From contig NC_068989.1 of assembly GCF_001194135.2 (NCBI RefSeq), positions 45,102,097 through 45,146,056 of the forward strand: DNA of 43,960 nucleotides. Reading direction: 5' to 3'. Below are positions 1 through 12,054 of this stretch, one piece after another. The notes beneath the pieces were generated by a model. The model did no database searches and had not been told where the DNA came from. It saw nothing but the letters and a program-made list of their open reading frames with translations. The DNA comes from Octopus bimaculoides (Eukaryota). The position numbers and the translations under genes were made by a program. Numbering within the stretch: position 1 is the first letter of the stretch; each line of letters begins with the position of its first letter.

Positions 1-273
1 TTATTTAACAAACTGTGACACTAAGGACCGAGGTTACCGTGGTCTTTTCGTAGGTTTTTCTTTCCACGGATTACCTCCCCATTTATTGGGAATTTTCTGT
101 ATTATTTCGTATTTTTTGTAAATATCCCAAACGTTTTGCGATGTTTTTTTTTCATCGTTGTCCCCACTTTTGTTTTTTTTTTCTGCTTTGTTTTCGCCCC
201 CCTCGAAAAGAAAAAAACTCTACATTTGTATTTTGTCCCCTCTGTGTTGAGCCCTGTGTGGCTAATAAAGAAA
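1..273 (+). mobile_element. Probable 3' UTR/tail of a non-LTR retroelement (possibly L1/Tx1-type)
   Basis: T-rich stretch ending in GAGCCCTGTGTGGCTAATAAAGAAA (AATAAA poly(A) signal), immediately followed by a (TATC)n tail. Family assignment is from recall only. Confidence 0.35.
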
Positions 274-454
274 CCTATCTATCTATCTATCTATCTAACC
301 CCTCTCTCTCCCCATTTATCTCTCTATCTATCTCTCCATCTATACACGTTTAAAATTTTTTTATTTGTTTCAGTAATTACACTACGGCTGTAGCATCACA
401 TTGGAAGGTTTAATCGATCAAATGAACTCCAGTACTTCCTTCGTTTTTTCTTCT

Positions 455-712
455 TTCTTTTTAGTAGACTATATAAGATGAGACCAAATCTGATAAAACC
501 AGTATTAACTGCAACAGACTAAAAGAGACTAGACTAGATCAGATAATACCAAGCCAGAGTAAAGCATACGAAGCAAGACCATGTTAGACCAAGTCAGAAT
601 AAGCCAGTCCAGACGTGAACAAAGCAAACCAGACTAGATCAGACCAGGCCAGACCAAATTAGACTAGATCAGGCCAGACAAGGTAGACCGAGTAAGACCA
701 AGCCAGACTTGT
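455..712. repeat. Degenerate pentanucleotide repeat (AGACC/AGACT/AGATC)n
   Basis: Recurring CCAGA/CTAGA/CAGAC units, e.g. ccagactagatcagaccaggccagaccaaattagactagatcaggccagac. Confidence 0.8.
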
Positions 713-1291
713 CATTCACTCTAACAAGTGAAAATGCTATGAAGTAGTTATAATAGCTAAATTTTCAGCGTTGTTGGGTGAAATGGTGAAAAAAAAATGT
801 GTTTTTATGCATGATATATTCTCGACAAGAAAATGTTGCTTGATTTTGCTGCCAAACGGAGCAATTTATCCATTTTGTTGCCGTCAGTAAAAAGACGTCT
901 TGCAGTATTTTAAAAATTGTTCTGTAAATAGCTGACATTGGCAACACGTCAATGGAGGTGTTTGGGAATTAGATGGAATGAGGGATGGGGAGTCCAGGTG
1001 AAGATATGTGTAGTATATGGGAACGTATAACAACTGAGTATCTATAGAGAAAAATGCGTGCATATGTATCTTTGTCATAGGCATGTGCGTTTATGCATAT
1101 AGTGATGTAGACAAACAAATCAAGCACAAATAGATAAGCGTACAATCTCCCTTTTGTGTTTAAAATATATGTATATATATATATGTGTATGTGTATGTGT
1201 ATGTGTGTGTGCGCGCGTGTGTGCGTGAATGTGCATTTATGCATATATATATGCATATTCATATATTTATGTAAATGTGTGTATTAATGCG

Positions 1292-1318
<27 letters not shown>

Positions 1319-1322
<4 letters not shown>

Positions 1323-1478
1323 GCTCAGGCTGTGTAGAAAGAATTTTACTTCCTATCCACATGGTTCCACGTTCAGTTGTACTGCGTGGCACCTTGGGCA
1401 AGTGTCTTCTACTCTAGCCTCGTGCTGAACAAAGCCTTGTGAGTATATTTGTGAATTAGAAACTGAAAGAAGCCTGTC

Positions 1479-1480
<2 letters not shown>
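1319..1480 (+). mobile_element. tRNA-derived SINE family A, 5' half (tRNA-like head plus CORE-like segment)
   Basis: Contains ...ccacatggttccacgttcagttgtactgcgtggcaccttgggcaagtgtcttctactctagcc...gaaactgaaagaagcctgtcgt. It matches the minus-strand copies at 31179, 31730-32120 and 35105-35510. Confidence 0.85.
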
Positions 1481-1512
<32 letters not shown>

Positions 1513-1518
<6 letters not shown>

Positions 1519-2519
1519 ATTGCAGAATAAAACCATTAGGTCATCGACTCAAAAAGCCACAGCCCACCAATGACCGCACATAGGAAGTACAGCATAGACA
1601 AAACCAAAGTAGTAACGGGAAGTAAAAATTTTATACATAAGAATAAAATCGATTAAAAAATATAATAAAATATAATAGAATAACATAATTAAATAAACTG
1701 CGATTAAAAAGTGATTAAAAATATTATAGAGTGGTACAGATATAGTGGAATAAAAAAAAATATATATAGAAAAAATAATATAGAAAAAACAATAAAATAA
1801 AAAAGATACATAGGGAAACGTAGTAAAATAGTTCATTCGTTGAGATTAATGGCTAATAAAAGAAGTTTAAGTTTAAATTGTACGAAAGTTCATTACTTCC
1901 CCCAGGACAGCAAATTTAGCAGGTAAAATCCAATTTCGTAATCCATACACAGGAATAGCGAAGTACACGGGACGACATAATAACACAACATCCAATGTGT
2001 AACAAGGTAAAATCCATATTTCAACATCAACGTTATTTAAGTCCAAGAAAATCAAGGCACACAAGTCGATACATTAAACCAACATCCAGCAGGTAACATC
2101 GGTAAAATCAATCCATAATTTAACATCAATTACAAAGGATTACAAACATAGGTCGGACTACAAACACAAAACTTCTTTTATTAGCCTTTAATCTCAACGA
2201 ATGAACTATTTTACTACGTTTCCCTATGTATTTATTTTATTTTATTGTTTTTTCCATATTATTTTTTCTCTCTATATAAATTTTTTTATTCCACTATATC
2301 TGTACCGCTCTATAATATTTTTAATCACTTTTTAATCGCAGTTTATTTATTTATGTTATTCTATTATATTTTTTAATCGATTTTATTCTTATGTATGAAA
2401 ATTTTACTTCCCTTTGCTACTTTGGTTTTGTGGTTTATGCTGTACTTCCTATATCTGGTCATTGGTGGGCTGTGGCTTTTTGAATCGATGACCTAATGGT
2501 TTTATTCTGCAATTATTTT
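1513..2519. mobile_element. Foldback-like element: ~355-bp inverted arms (1513-1868 / 2169-2519) around a ~300-bp spacer
   Basis: Left arm aaaataattgcagaataaaaccattaggtcatcg...ggctaataaaagaagttt is the reverse complement of right arm aaacttcttttattagcc...cgatgacctaatggttttattctgcaattatttt, about 90% identical by eye. The spacer has three GGTAAAATC(C/A)A-containing subrepeats. Confidence 0.85.
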
Positions 2520-2633
2520 TGTACTTTTGTCTCAGCTAGTTTGAGCACTTCTTATTACAGCCTTGTATAAATTCTATTAGTTTTCTAATACAAAACTGTT
2601 AATATTGAATAATTATACATATATATATATATT

Positions 2634-2693
2634 GACGAAATACCGCTAAGCATTTCGCCCGGCGTGCTAACGTTTCTGCCAGCTCGCCGCCTT
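2634..2693 (-). mobile_element. SINE family B, 5' head fragment
   Basis: Reverse complement reads aaggcggcgagctggcagaaacgttagcacgccgggcgaaatgcttagcggtatttcgtc, the same head as the TSD-bounded copy at 24528-24743. Confidence 0.85.
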
Positions 2694-3167
2694 TTTTAAA
2701 ATTTTAGCTCAATGCCAGGAATTTCAGGGGCGGGGATAAAGCTGTCAGTAGATATTGAAAAGCCTCTCTGTAAACTTTACGATACACACTTTACGATATA
2801 AGCATTGTGTGTGTCAGACACGAATTATTGCATCCGTGTTCCTGCTAAACCAGAACAGCTGAAGCAACGTAAATTAGTGATGTGCAAACGTGATATCTGA
2901 CAAACTAATTAACAGAAACAATTAGGATATTGTATTTAGTAAGCATAATTTTTAATTATTACATTATTTTAAGAAACCGAACTTTTGTGCGTGCATTAAA
3001 TTCTTTTGCAAGCAGCTTCTGTGCATAAGCACACAGTTTTGGGTAGGGATTCCCATCCATGTTTTCCGTACTCCACCGGAAATGTGAGATGGTATTTCAT
3101 TCATTGCTTGCAATATAGAAGGAAAATATATACTCTACTAAATTCGCTTTTCAAAATACAACTGTGA

Positions 3168-3405
3168 ACTATGGCGTAGTGGTTAAGAGCGCGGCTACTA
3201 GCCCCAAGATTCCGAGTCCGATTCCAGGTAGTGACCTGAATAATAACATCGAAAAATACCTTAGGAGGGAGAACTCAGGTTTGGAATTTCCCCAAGACAC
3301 CTGATGAAGACTGGAGGGTATATCAGCCGAAACGTTGTATTAACAACAAACAAGATGAGGTCAAATATAAATAATGTACATAATTCCTTATATATTAAGT
3401 ATAGA
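3168..3405 (+). mobile_element. SINE-like element with tRNA-type Pol III head and a hammerhead-bearing 3' part
   Basis: A-box-like TGGCGTAGTGG at 3172-3182, B-box-like GAGTCCGATTCC at 3214-3225, HHR motif at 3296-3341. The 3' end is approximate. Confidence 0.7.
3296..3341 (+). ncRNA. Minimal type I hammerhead ribozyme motif (Penelope-type, palindromic stem III)
   Basis: GACAC-CUGAUGA-A-GACUGG(agggtata)UCAGCC-GAAA-CG-UU-GUAUU. Stems I and II each have one mismatch, and stem III lies within the palindrome AACGTT. Predicted cleavage is after 3336 (GUU). Confidence 0.7.
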
Positions 3406-4569
3406 TCTGAGCTGTAAAGTAACTCTTAAAAGCAATTTTTATCTATCAAATACAGTAAAGGCAATTATTATTCAGCATATATAGCTTTTTGACCTTCGTA
3501 AATAGAAAAATTGCAATTCATTTCTATGATTTTTTCTAACCGCGTAATTGACACTTGCATCTAATGGAGTGAAATCAAAAGTTTAATTTTCAAGTTCAAC
3601 TTGTTGGCCAGCGGCACTGTTTGCAGATCGATTAAAAAGACAAATTGTTTTTGGAAAATATACTTTTCGTTTACAAATGTGATATTACATTCAAAGGGGA
3701 TGCGAACATTAATCAATCTTTTCTTGTGTGGTGCATAGAAAAGTTTGAGAATCGTTGGCTTGGAGAAGACAGTGTGTCTTAATGAGTGGAACTGATGTTT
3801 ATAAACTGCTGCATCTTCCATAGCAAACAAATGGACAGAGAAAGTACAACAGTTTAGGTAAATCTGAAGGATAGATACCAAGAAAAATATACTTTTCTGA
3901 AGAGTTTATGCCTGTCTGAACTGACATCTCCATCAAGATTTTCTTTTATGCCAGCCCTACTCTACTCCAGCCCCAAATGCACACCTTTCACGTATGAAAC
4001 ATGTTGCATTTTACCCGACATCTGCTAACATAAATGAAATGGATGAATTAGGAAATCTTTCAAATACATATCAAAGCAATGCTCCTTTAAAGAATCGTCT
4101 ATTCAAGCAAAACAACATCCGATTTACGCTTTTCTTCCTTCAAATTAAATTTCGTGTTTTCTATGTTTTTTTTGTTGTTTCTACTCTTTTTCTTTCTCCT
4201 TGCAATGTGTCTCTTGTTTTTAGTTGTATTTATTTTGTTTTGCTTTTTATCATTTATTTAGACGATCGGATCATCTTGGTATGTTCCGTCAGTTTTTGGC
4301 TCGTTCTCTTCAAGTAGTCTTTTTATAGCGCGTTAATCACCCTTCATTGGCTATGTCAGTTAGCTGTCAGTAGGAGATGATTTTTCCACCAATCCCTACT
4401 AACGCCAGTCTTTCCTACAACAGCGGTATTTTTCGCCAGGCAGTGGATATTTATATTGAGATACATTGAGATAAAGACAATAATTAACAAAACAAAACCA
4501 TTACTACTAACATGTATATAAACCCATCCATCCATATAACTATATATATATATATATATATATATCTAT

Positions 4570-4606
<37 letters not shown>

Positions 4607-4616
4607 CGCATATACA

Positions 4617-4655
<39 letters not shown>

Positions 4656-4934
4656 TTGGATGAGCGTTTATCAACTAAGCTTTTTTACGGAAATTCTCCC
4701 ATAAGATCTTATTTTATGTAAGTAGTAAGTACCAAACTATTATCAGACATTTGATCATTAGTTTCATTCGTACCACATTCCGAGGAATGTACTGCAAGTG
4801 GGAAACCTTAAAAAAGTGATAATTAAGCATGAAAAAGATTATTAGGAGAAAGTTACAATACTTGAAACCGGAACTACTAGTATAGTAGTCTGAGAGGTTT
4901 TCTCGACTCTACATAGTTGATTCAAGATTGAAAG

Positions 4935-5080
4935 CGGCGAATTCGGTTAGTTGATAGATCGTCGGATAGAATATCTCGCGGTATATGTTCTCACGTTATT
5001 CTTTCAAAATTCGAGACCAATTTTGTCCTTTCGTTCTTTCGGCGCTGATAAAAATGTACCAGTCCAGGTTGCTTGATTGT
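4935..5080 (+). mobile_element. SINE family B, degenerate copy
   Basis: aaagcggcgaattcggttag...tcaaaattcgagaccaattttgtcctttcgttctttcggcgctgataaaaatgtaccagt is colinear with 24528-24743. Confidence 0.6.
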
Positions 5081-5534
5081 CGGAACTGTAAAAAAAAAAA
5101 AAAAAAAANNNNNNNNNNNNNNNNNNNNNNNNNNNNNNNNNNNNNNNNNNNNNNNNNNNNNNNNNNNNNNNNNNNNNNNNNNNNNNNNNNNNNNNNNNNN
5201 NNNNNNNNNNNNNNNNNNNNNNNNNNNNNNNNNNNNNNNNNNNNNNNNNNNNNNNNNNNNNNNNNNNNNNNNNNNNNNNNNNNNNNNNNNNNNNNNNNNN
5301 NNNNNNNNNNNNNNNNNNNNNNNNNNNNNNNNNNNNNNNNNNNNNNNNNNNNNNNNNNNNNNNNNNNNNNNNNNNNNNNNNNNNNNNNNNNNNNNNNNNN
5401 NNNNNNNNNNNNNNNNNNNNNNNNNNNNNNNNNNNNNNNNNNNNNNNNNNNNNNNNNNNNNNNNNNNNNNNNNNNNNNNNNNNNNNNNNNNNNNNNNNNN
5501 NNNNNNNNNNNNNNNNNNNNNNNNNNNNNNNNNN

Positions 5535-5577
<43 letters not shown>

Positions 5578-5650
5578 TGTGTATGTGTGTGTGTATGTGT
5601 GTGTGTGTGTGTGTATGTGTGTGTGTGTGTGCGCGCGCGCATGTGTGCGA
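5535..5650. repeat. (TG)n / (TATG) microsatellite
   Basis: Direct reading; it abuts an N-gap. Confidence 0.95.
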
Positions 5651-6429
5651 CGAGATATATTAAGACATAAATACATTACAGTATTATTCCTGATACTCTA
5701 TATACTTTATCATTTCTGATATTCTACACACTCTAGACAGTGGCAGCGATGGTAGTATACGAAGTTGAAACTCTGATACTCCACATACGCCACCACTACC
5801 TGTGTTACTCCCTACTCTACCAGATCTGATATATATATTCTACCATCGATTCTACTCCACATACACTAACGTTTCTGAAATTCTACACGCTTCCACCTCG
5901 ACGAGTCTTTTGTATAACACATCTCTGGTATTTCATACCAATCTACACTCAATCCTCTCTGATATCCCTTACACTCCAAGCAGTATGTCAAAGTATTAGC
6001 TGAAGACGTTCTATCTTAGTTGTCTACTGAATAAGCACAATGAAGAATTATGTGTTGAGAGATGTTCTTAAAAGTTTATGACTAATTCCAAGAACGGGGT
6101 CATGTTCCAATCTGCAACATCCCAATAGGTGAACAAGTGATTTGAACTTCAAATAAATATATTAAAATTATGTTCCCAGCTGACGTTCCCCTTTCCAAAC
6201 CAAAACAGACAGAACGCTATTGATTTTAATGATAAATAACGTCAGTTGCAAGCGAAAGACATCTAATATCAAATATTAGTTATGATGAATATTTAGTAGC
6301 ACATCTATCATCTAAAGTGTTGCATAAGTTTTTCATATCTCAGCTTTATCTACATACATAAACACGTATAGATATGCAATTATGTACATGTGTGTACATT
6401 CGCAAACACCTACAGAGATACATGCATGT

Positions 6430-6580
6430 ATATCTACCTACCTGCCTACCTACCTACCTACCTACCTACCCACCTACCTATCTACCTAGCTACCTACCTA
6501 CCCACCTACCTATCTACCTAGCTACCTACCTACCTACCTACCTACCTACCTACCTAACTACCTACCTACCTACTTGCCTA
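6430..6580. repeat. (CCTA)n microsatellite
   Basis: Direct reading: ctacctacctacc... Confidence 0.95.
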
Positions 6581-6609
6581 CATGCATATACGCAAGCGTA
6601 TATGCATGT

Positions 6610-6800
6610 AACAGGTGGTCGATTGGCAGTGTCGTTAACGACTCCGATAGGATGTCTTGCAATGTTCATTTTGGCTCTCTTTGTTCAAATCCCACTGAGG
6701 GCAACGTTGCATTTTCTTCTTTCAAGATCTACCATTATAGAATTAGTCAAGTACTGGGATCAATTTATATCTCTGTATTTTTCTCACTCACTGGAAGAAA
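6610..6800 (+). mobile_element. SINE family B, old degenerate copy
   Basis: ggtggtcgattggcagtgtcgttaac...tgttcaaatcccactgagggcaacgttgcatttt...caagtactgggatcaat. Confidence 0.55.
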
Positions 6801-7039
6801 TCAGCTGTGTGTAGGCCAGCAGAGGGATGACTTTCACGATGATTAAAATGCCTAAGGTATACCGAATGTCAGGACGGTGCCTCTACAACTCTATCAGTTT
6901 AGAGACGCTTTACCACCGACACCATATGCTTGCATGCAGTACATACCTACGAGTGGTAAGTAGCTTTGTATCACGGCAACAGTTGGCAGCACACAGTTGC
7001 GTGCACGATGAGAGCTAGCAATGACCTTTATGAAGCAGT

Positions 7040-7425
7040 GTGCCAAGTAACATCGCTGTTTACTTTGCCAAGTTGTGAAATTTGTCTTTTTGTGATCAGA
7101 TCACGTGTATGCTGTAGTTTGCAATTTTGTCATGGACAGAAACAAAGAGCCAACGTGAAATTTTGCGTTAAACTTGGAAATACAGAGATATTGACCATGC
7201 TTCTGCAAACTTACGGCGACAAGGCAATGGGTCGTGCGGAATGTTTCGGGTGGCAACAGCGATTCAAAGGTGGAAGAACGTCCTTGGAAAACGATGAGCG
7301 ATCTGGAAGACATGACACAAGCGTCAACCCTGGGAATGTGGTATTGTGCATGAAAGACTCATTCCCCAGGGCCAGGGCCAACTGCGACGTTTTGAAACGT
7401 CTGACGAAGGACATTCGGCAAAAGC
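7040..7425 (+). mobile_element. Mariner transposon remnant: N-terminal HTH region joined by an internal deletion to a catalytic-domain fragment, truncated by an N-gap
   Basis: ATG at 7132 with an early frameshift, then QRANVKFCVKLG...YGDKAMGRAECFGWQQRFKGGRTSLENDERSGRHDTSVNPGNV (mariner HTH plus DxxRSGRP linker). It jumps directly to ...CDVLKRLTKDIRQK. The element may extend upstream to about 6860. Confidence 0.9.
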
Positions 7426-9129
7426 NNNNNNNNNNNNNNNNNNNNNNNNNNNNNNNNNNNNNNNNNNNNNNNNNNNNNNNNNNNNNNNNNNNNNNNNNNN
7501 NNNNNNNNNNNNNNNNNNNNNNNNNNNNNNNNNNNNNNNNNNNNNNNNNNNNNNNNNNNNNNNNNNNNNNNNNNNNNNNNNNNNNNNNNNNNNNNNNNNN
7601 NNNNNNNNNNNNNNNNNNNNNNNNNNNNNNNNNNNNNNNNNNNNNNNNNNNNNNNNNNNNNNNNNNNNNNNNNNNNNNNNNNNNNNNNNNNNNNNNNNNN
7701 NNNNNNNNNNNNNNNNNNNNNNNNNNNNNNNNNNNNNNNNNNNNNNNNNNNNNNNNNNNNNNNNNNNNNNNNNNNNNNNNNNNNNNNNNNNNNNNNNNNN
7801 NNNNNNNNNNNNNNNNNNNNNNNNNNNNNNNNNNNNNNNNNNNNNNNNNNNNNNNNNNNNNNNNNNNNNNNNNNNNNNNNNNNNNNNNNNNNNNNNNNNN
7901 NNNNNNNNNNNNNNNNNNNNNNNNNNNNNNNNNNNNNNNNNNNNNNNNNNNNNNNNNNNNNNNNNNNNNNNNNNNNNNNNNNNNNNNNNNNNNNNTTTAG
8001 AAAAAGATTATCAAAAGTCTTTGAGAATAATAAAAAATGTTAAAAAACAGTTTGAATATTAAAATGCATATATACATTCTTTGATGATAATGAGAGGAAT
8101 ATATTTAAAGTATAAAGCTTTGTATGAACTTTGTAGTGTTACATACTGATTATCACACATTCTCTGATAATAAGATGAAAATGTTTAAAACAGTGTAAGT
8201 ATGAAAATACATATATGGAAATATACATATTCTTTGATAATCGCAAAAATGAGGAGGAACTGACCTGGCTTTTTTCTCTCTTGTGTGTATATATACATAC
8301 GCTGTACATACATACATATAAAGTTATTTAAATATATCTATTATATCGCACTTCTGTGGAAGATATTACTCGCGATCAGCCCTTGCCCTCAAAATGTCAT
8401 CAGAATATTACCTCACAACGTAGTATAAAGCATTCGCTACTAAATCAATATACGATACTATCGGTCGAAAGGATTGCTGTGGAACAAATATAAATTATGT
8501 TTCTTACGTTAAGGACACTGGGGCGTTTCAATAGAAGAAATATTAGTGGAACATTCCCATCAAATCTTCAACCAAATGCAAACGTAACCGGTCATATGTT
8601 TAGGTGAGAAAAGAGAAATTATGTTCTGTTAGAGAGGTCAGCTGACTTGCTGACGTGAACATTTCTTTCAAAATCTGTGAGAAATAGAGAGAGAGAGAAT
8701 ATTAATGGTCAACTCTTTCGGAACATAGAATTTATCTCTATCATATATATTTACATTTGTACCAATAACCATTGGTGGTCTTGGTTATGTTAGTAATTGT
8801 TTAAGTGCTAATCACAAAATGCAGGGCATTGCAGGCAAAGGAAATTAACTACTCACCTGATCTTGGTAAATGCAGTTTGTAAGCAGTACAATAAAAATAC
8901 ACAAATCTTACCTGAAGTTCAATATGTTCTTTACCGAAATTGTTAACTAAAATGCATTACATGCTACATAAGCAAATATACACACAGGAAAACATGCGCG
9001 TGTTTTGTGTGCGAATATGTATGTCCTCATTCAGTTTTATTTCAAGTTTTCTTCACAATAGAGAAAGAGTCGGTTTCTAACCTAAATCCAAGGCTCTTTC
9101 ATTGGAATTCCAACAACGTCAACAGGGTA

Positions 9130-9462
<333 letters not shown>

Positions 9463-9759
9463 GTATAAGTTCCTAAATGCAGAAATAACGACCAAATTTC
9501 CCTCATATTCCTCCATGCTGTCAGATATATAAAAAAACAATAAATATTTGTACACTATTCCATTATGTTTGACGGTATAGCTGTGACTTAAACGGCCTTT
9601 GTTAATAGGTTTGTCTGCTTAAATGTATACATATTCAAACGCACAATTCTACAAACAAATACATACTTCTTTAGGTGATATTAAATAACTATTATGCTGT
9701 TTGGAGTGTTCTTCAATTTCCTTCAAGCACCAGATTTCCAATCTGCGTAACGGGATCGA

Positions 9760-9820
9760 TCTAATCGACTGGTCCCCTGCCCTCAGAATTTCGGGCCTTG
9801 TGCCTAGAGTAGAAAAGTAT
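9760..9820 (+). mobile_element. SINE family B, 3' tail fragment
   Basis: gggatcgatctaatcgactggtcccctgccctcagaatttcgggccttgtgcctagagtagaaaag matches the 3' end of 24528-24743. Confidence 0.75.
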
Positions 9821-10124
9821 CTTGAACCATGTGGTTGAGAAGCTAACTTTTTACCGCGCTGCCAGATAGTAATAAATAATTCCTTATTTTCTCTATTCGT
9901 ACGTCTCTTACAGTCTTTCATTTCATATTACTTTCGCATCCCAATGTTTCGTTACAGCTACAACTCTTCCGTACACACATACTGAGACACAGACACACAC
10001 ACACACACACGCACACACACATATACACACACACGTACGTACATACATACATACGTACATACACACACGTGTACACATATATATATGTATAGGGAGAATT
10101 CACAAAAAAAAAAACAACAGACGA

Positions 10125-10297
10125 AGGCAGGTGGTGTAGAAAAGAAATAGATGTATTAGTATAACGATCGGGAATTGAAAGAGTCTTTAACATTTCGAGC
10201 CTACGCTCTTCCACAGAAAGGATCACAGAAAGAAACATTGAGAGAAACAAGGAGAGAAAAAAATGTGTGTAGTGGTCAGCGATCTATCATGGCGAAT
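10125..10297 (-). mobile_element. Short interspersed repeat (family H) carrying a variant hammerhead-like motif
   Basis: Minus strand reads ...ccatgatagatcgctgaccactacacac...gatcctttctgtggaagagcgtaggctcgaaatgttaaagactctttcaattcccgatcgttatactaatacatc. It is homologous to the plus-strand copy at 29168-29350. Confidence 0.75.
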
Positions 10298-10372
10298 TTA
10301 TATATATATATTTATGTATATTGTTGTACTTGGGGATGGTCATATTGCCAGTTTAGCCAATGTATATATATG

Positions 10373-10410
<38 letters not shown>

Positions 10411-10649
10411 NNNNNNNNNNNNNNNNNNNNNNNNNNNNNNNNNNNNNNNNNNNNNNNNNNNNNNNNNNNNNNNNNNNNNNNNNNNNNNNNNNNNNNNNNN
10501 NNNNNNNNNNNNNNNNNNNNNNNNNNNNNNNNNNNNNNNNNNNNNNNNNNNNNNNNNNNNNNNNNNNNNNNNNNNNNNNNNNNNNNNNNNNNNNNNNNNN
10601 NNNNNNNNNNNNNNNNNCATATATATATATATATATACATAAATACATA

Positions 10650-10692
<43 letters not shown>

Positions 10693-10834
10693 AAATACAC
10701 ACATACATACATGCATACCTACAGTACATTTGTACGGTTTACACATGACTGTTTGGGGGTAACGGAAGCTGGAACAGTTACCTGGGCCGCCTCTAGCTAC
10801 TGGGCTATTATTTAGGCATAAACATTATCTATCT

Positions 10835-10876
<42 letters not shown>

Positions 10877-10899
10877 TTATCTATCTATCTATCTGTATT

Positions 10900-10964
<65 letters not shown>

Positions 10965-11525
10965 GTGATTATATATATCTGTGTATATGTTTGTATATAA
11001 GTCTTTATGTAAGCATGTGCGAAGAATTAATTTGGCAGGTGTCATAACCCACATTCAAATCTTCTATAATTTATTTCATGCTTGCCTCAATTGTCATTGA
11101 TTTTTCGTTAGAGCAATTATGTGAGTACATAACTTTTGGTTTCAGTTTATTTACTTAAATACTATCAAAAATTTTTATACTTTTCGATGTACAAAGCAGA
11201 TTTCATTTCGTCATAAACAAGCCTTAAAAAATTATGCATTTTCGAAATTTCCCCAAGGCGTGAATCCTGTATATATAAGAATAAAGTGTTTATTACAATT
11301 TATGAAATACAGGAGTAAGATGTGCTTTATTTTTTTAGTTTACCTTTTATGAAATGGGCCTCCAAACACAAGAAGTGGCGTCCCCACATACATGAGGACC
11401 CAGACAATTACGCAAGTTGCCGGTATTTTCACTTAAACCTAAATATAAGGCTGACCTTGAATCGAAATCGTAGCTCATGGTTTTGTATACAGTATGTATA
11501 TATGCATAAGGTACAATATGTTAGG

Positions 11526-11569
<44 letters not shown>

Positions 11570-11825
11570 TCGCGTGTCGATACGCACGCAAGCCATACAT
11601 TATTTATGTATGTATATACATGTATATGTGTATATTATGTAAAAATCTCATAGCCAGTGCTGTCATGTGCGAACGTTCATACATATATTATAGTCAGACT
11701 TCAAATAGATTTATAAGGAAAGCAAATAAAGGAAAAAGAGGAAAAAGAGTAAAGCACCCGTTAATCACATTAACAATCTGTCAAATTATAAATATATGTA
11801 TGCATGTGTGTATGTGTGTGTGTTT

Positions 11826-11904
<79 letters not shown>

Positions 11905-12054
11905 ATATTATATTATATTGTATTGAATAAAGACCTTATATTATATATCTGTGTATATATATATATATATGTGTGTGTGTACATAATATTCAAACAAACT
12001 AGCACAGATATACTCGCATACATAATATACAGTTATTTATAGCGAAATGTGTGC

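Noticed and set aside
1873-2064. 63-aa ORF in the foldback spacer as a possible transposase remnant
   Set aside because: No DDE, HTH or zinc-finger motif recognised, and the spacer is made of subrepeats.
3561-3881. 106-aa minus-strand ORF in non-repetitive sequence
   Set aside because: No recognisable motif or supporting splice structure, and the length is compatible with chance. The region is kept only as a repeat-free island.
4985-5719. Long ORFs spanning N-gaps (also 6966-8062, 10175-10815, 18558-19106, 30368-31290, 36935-38110)
   Set aside because: Their length comes from Ns and flanking simple repeats. Only the mariner part of 6966-8000 is real coding remnant.
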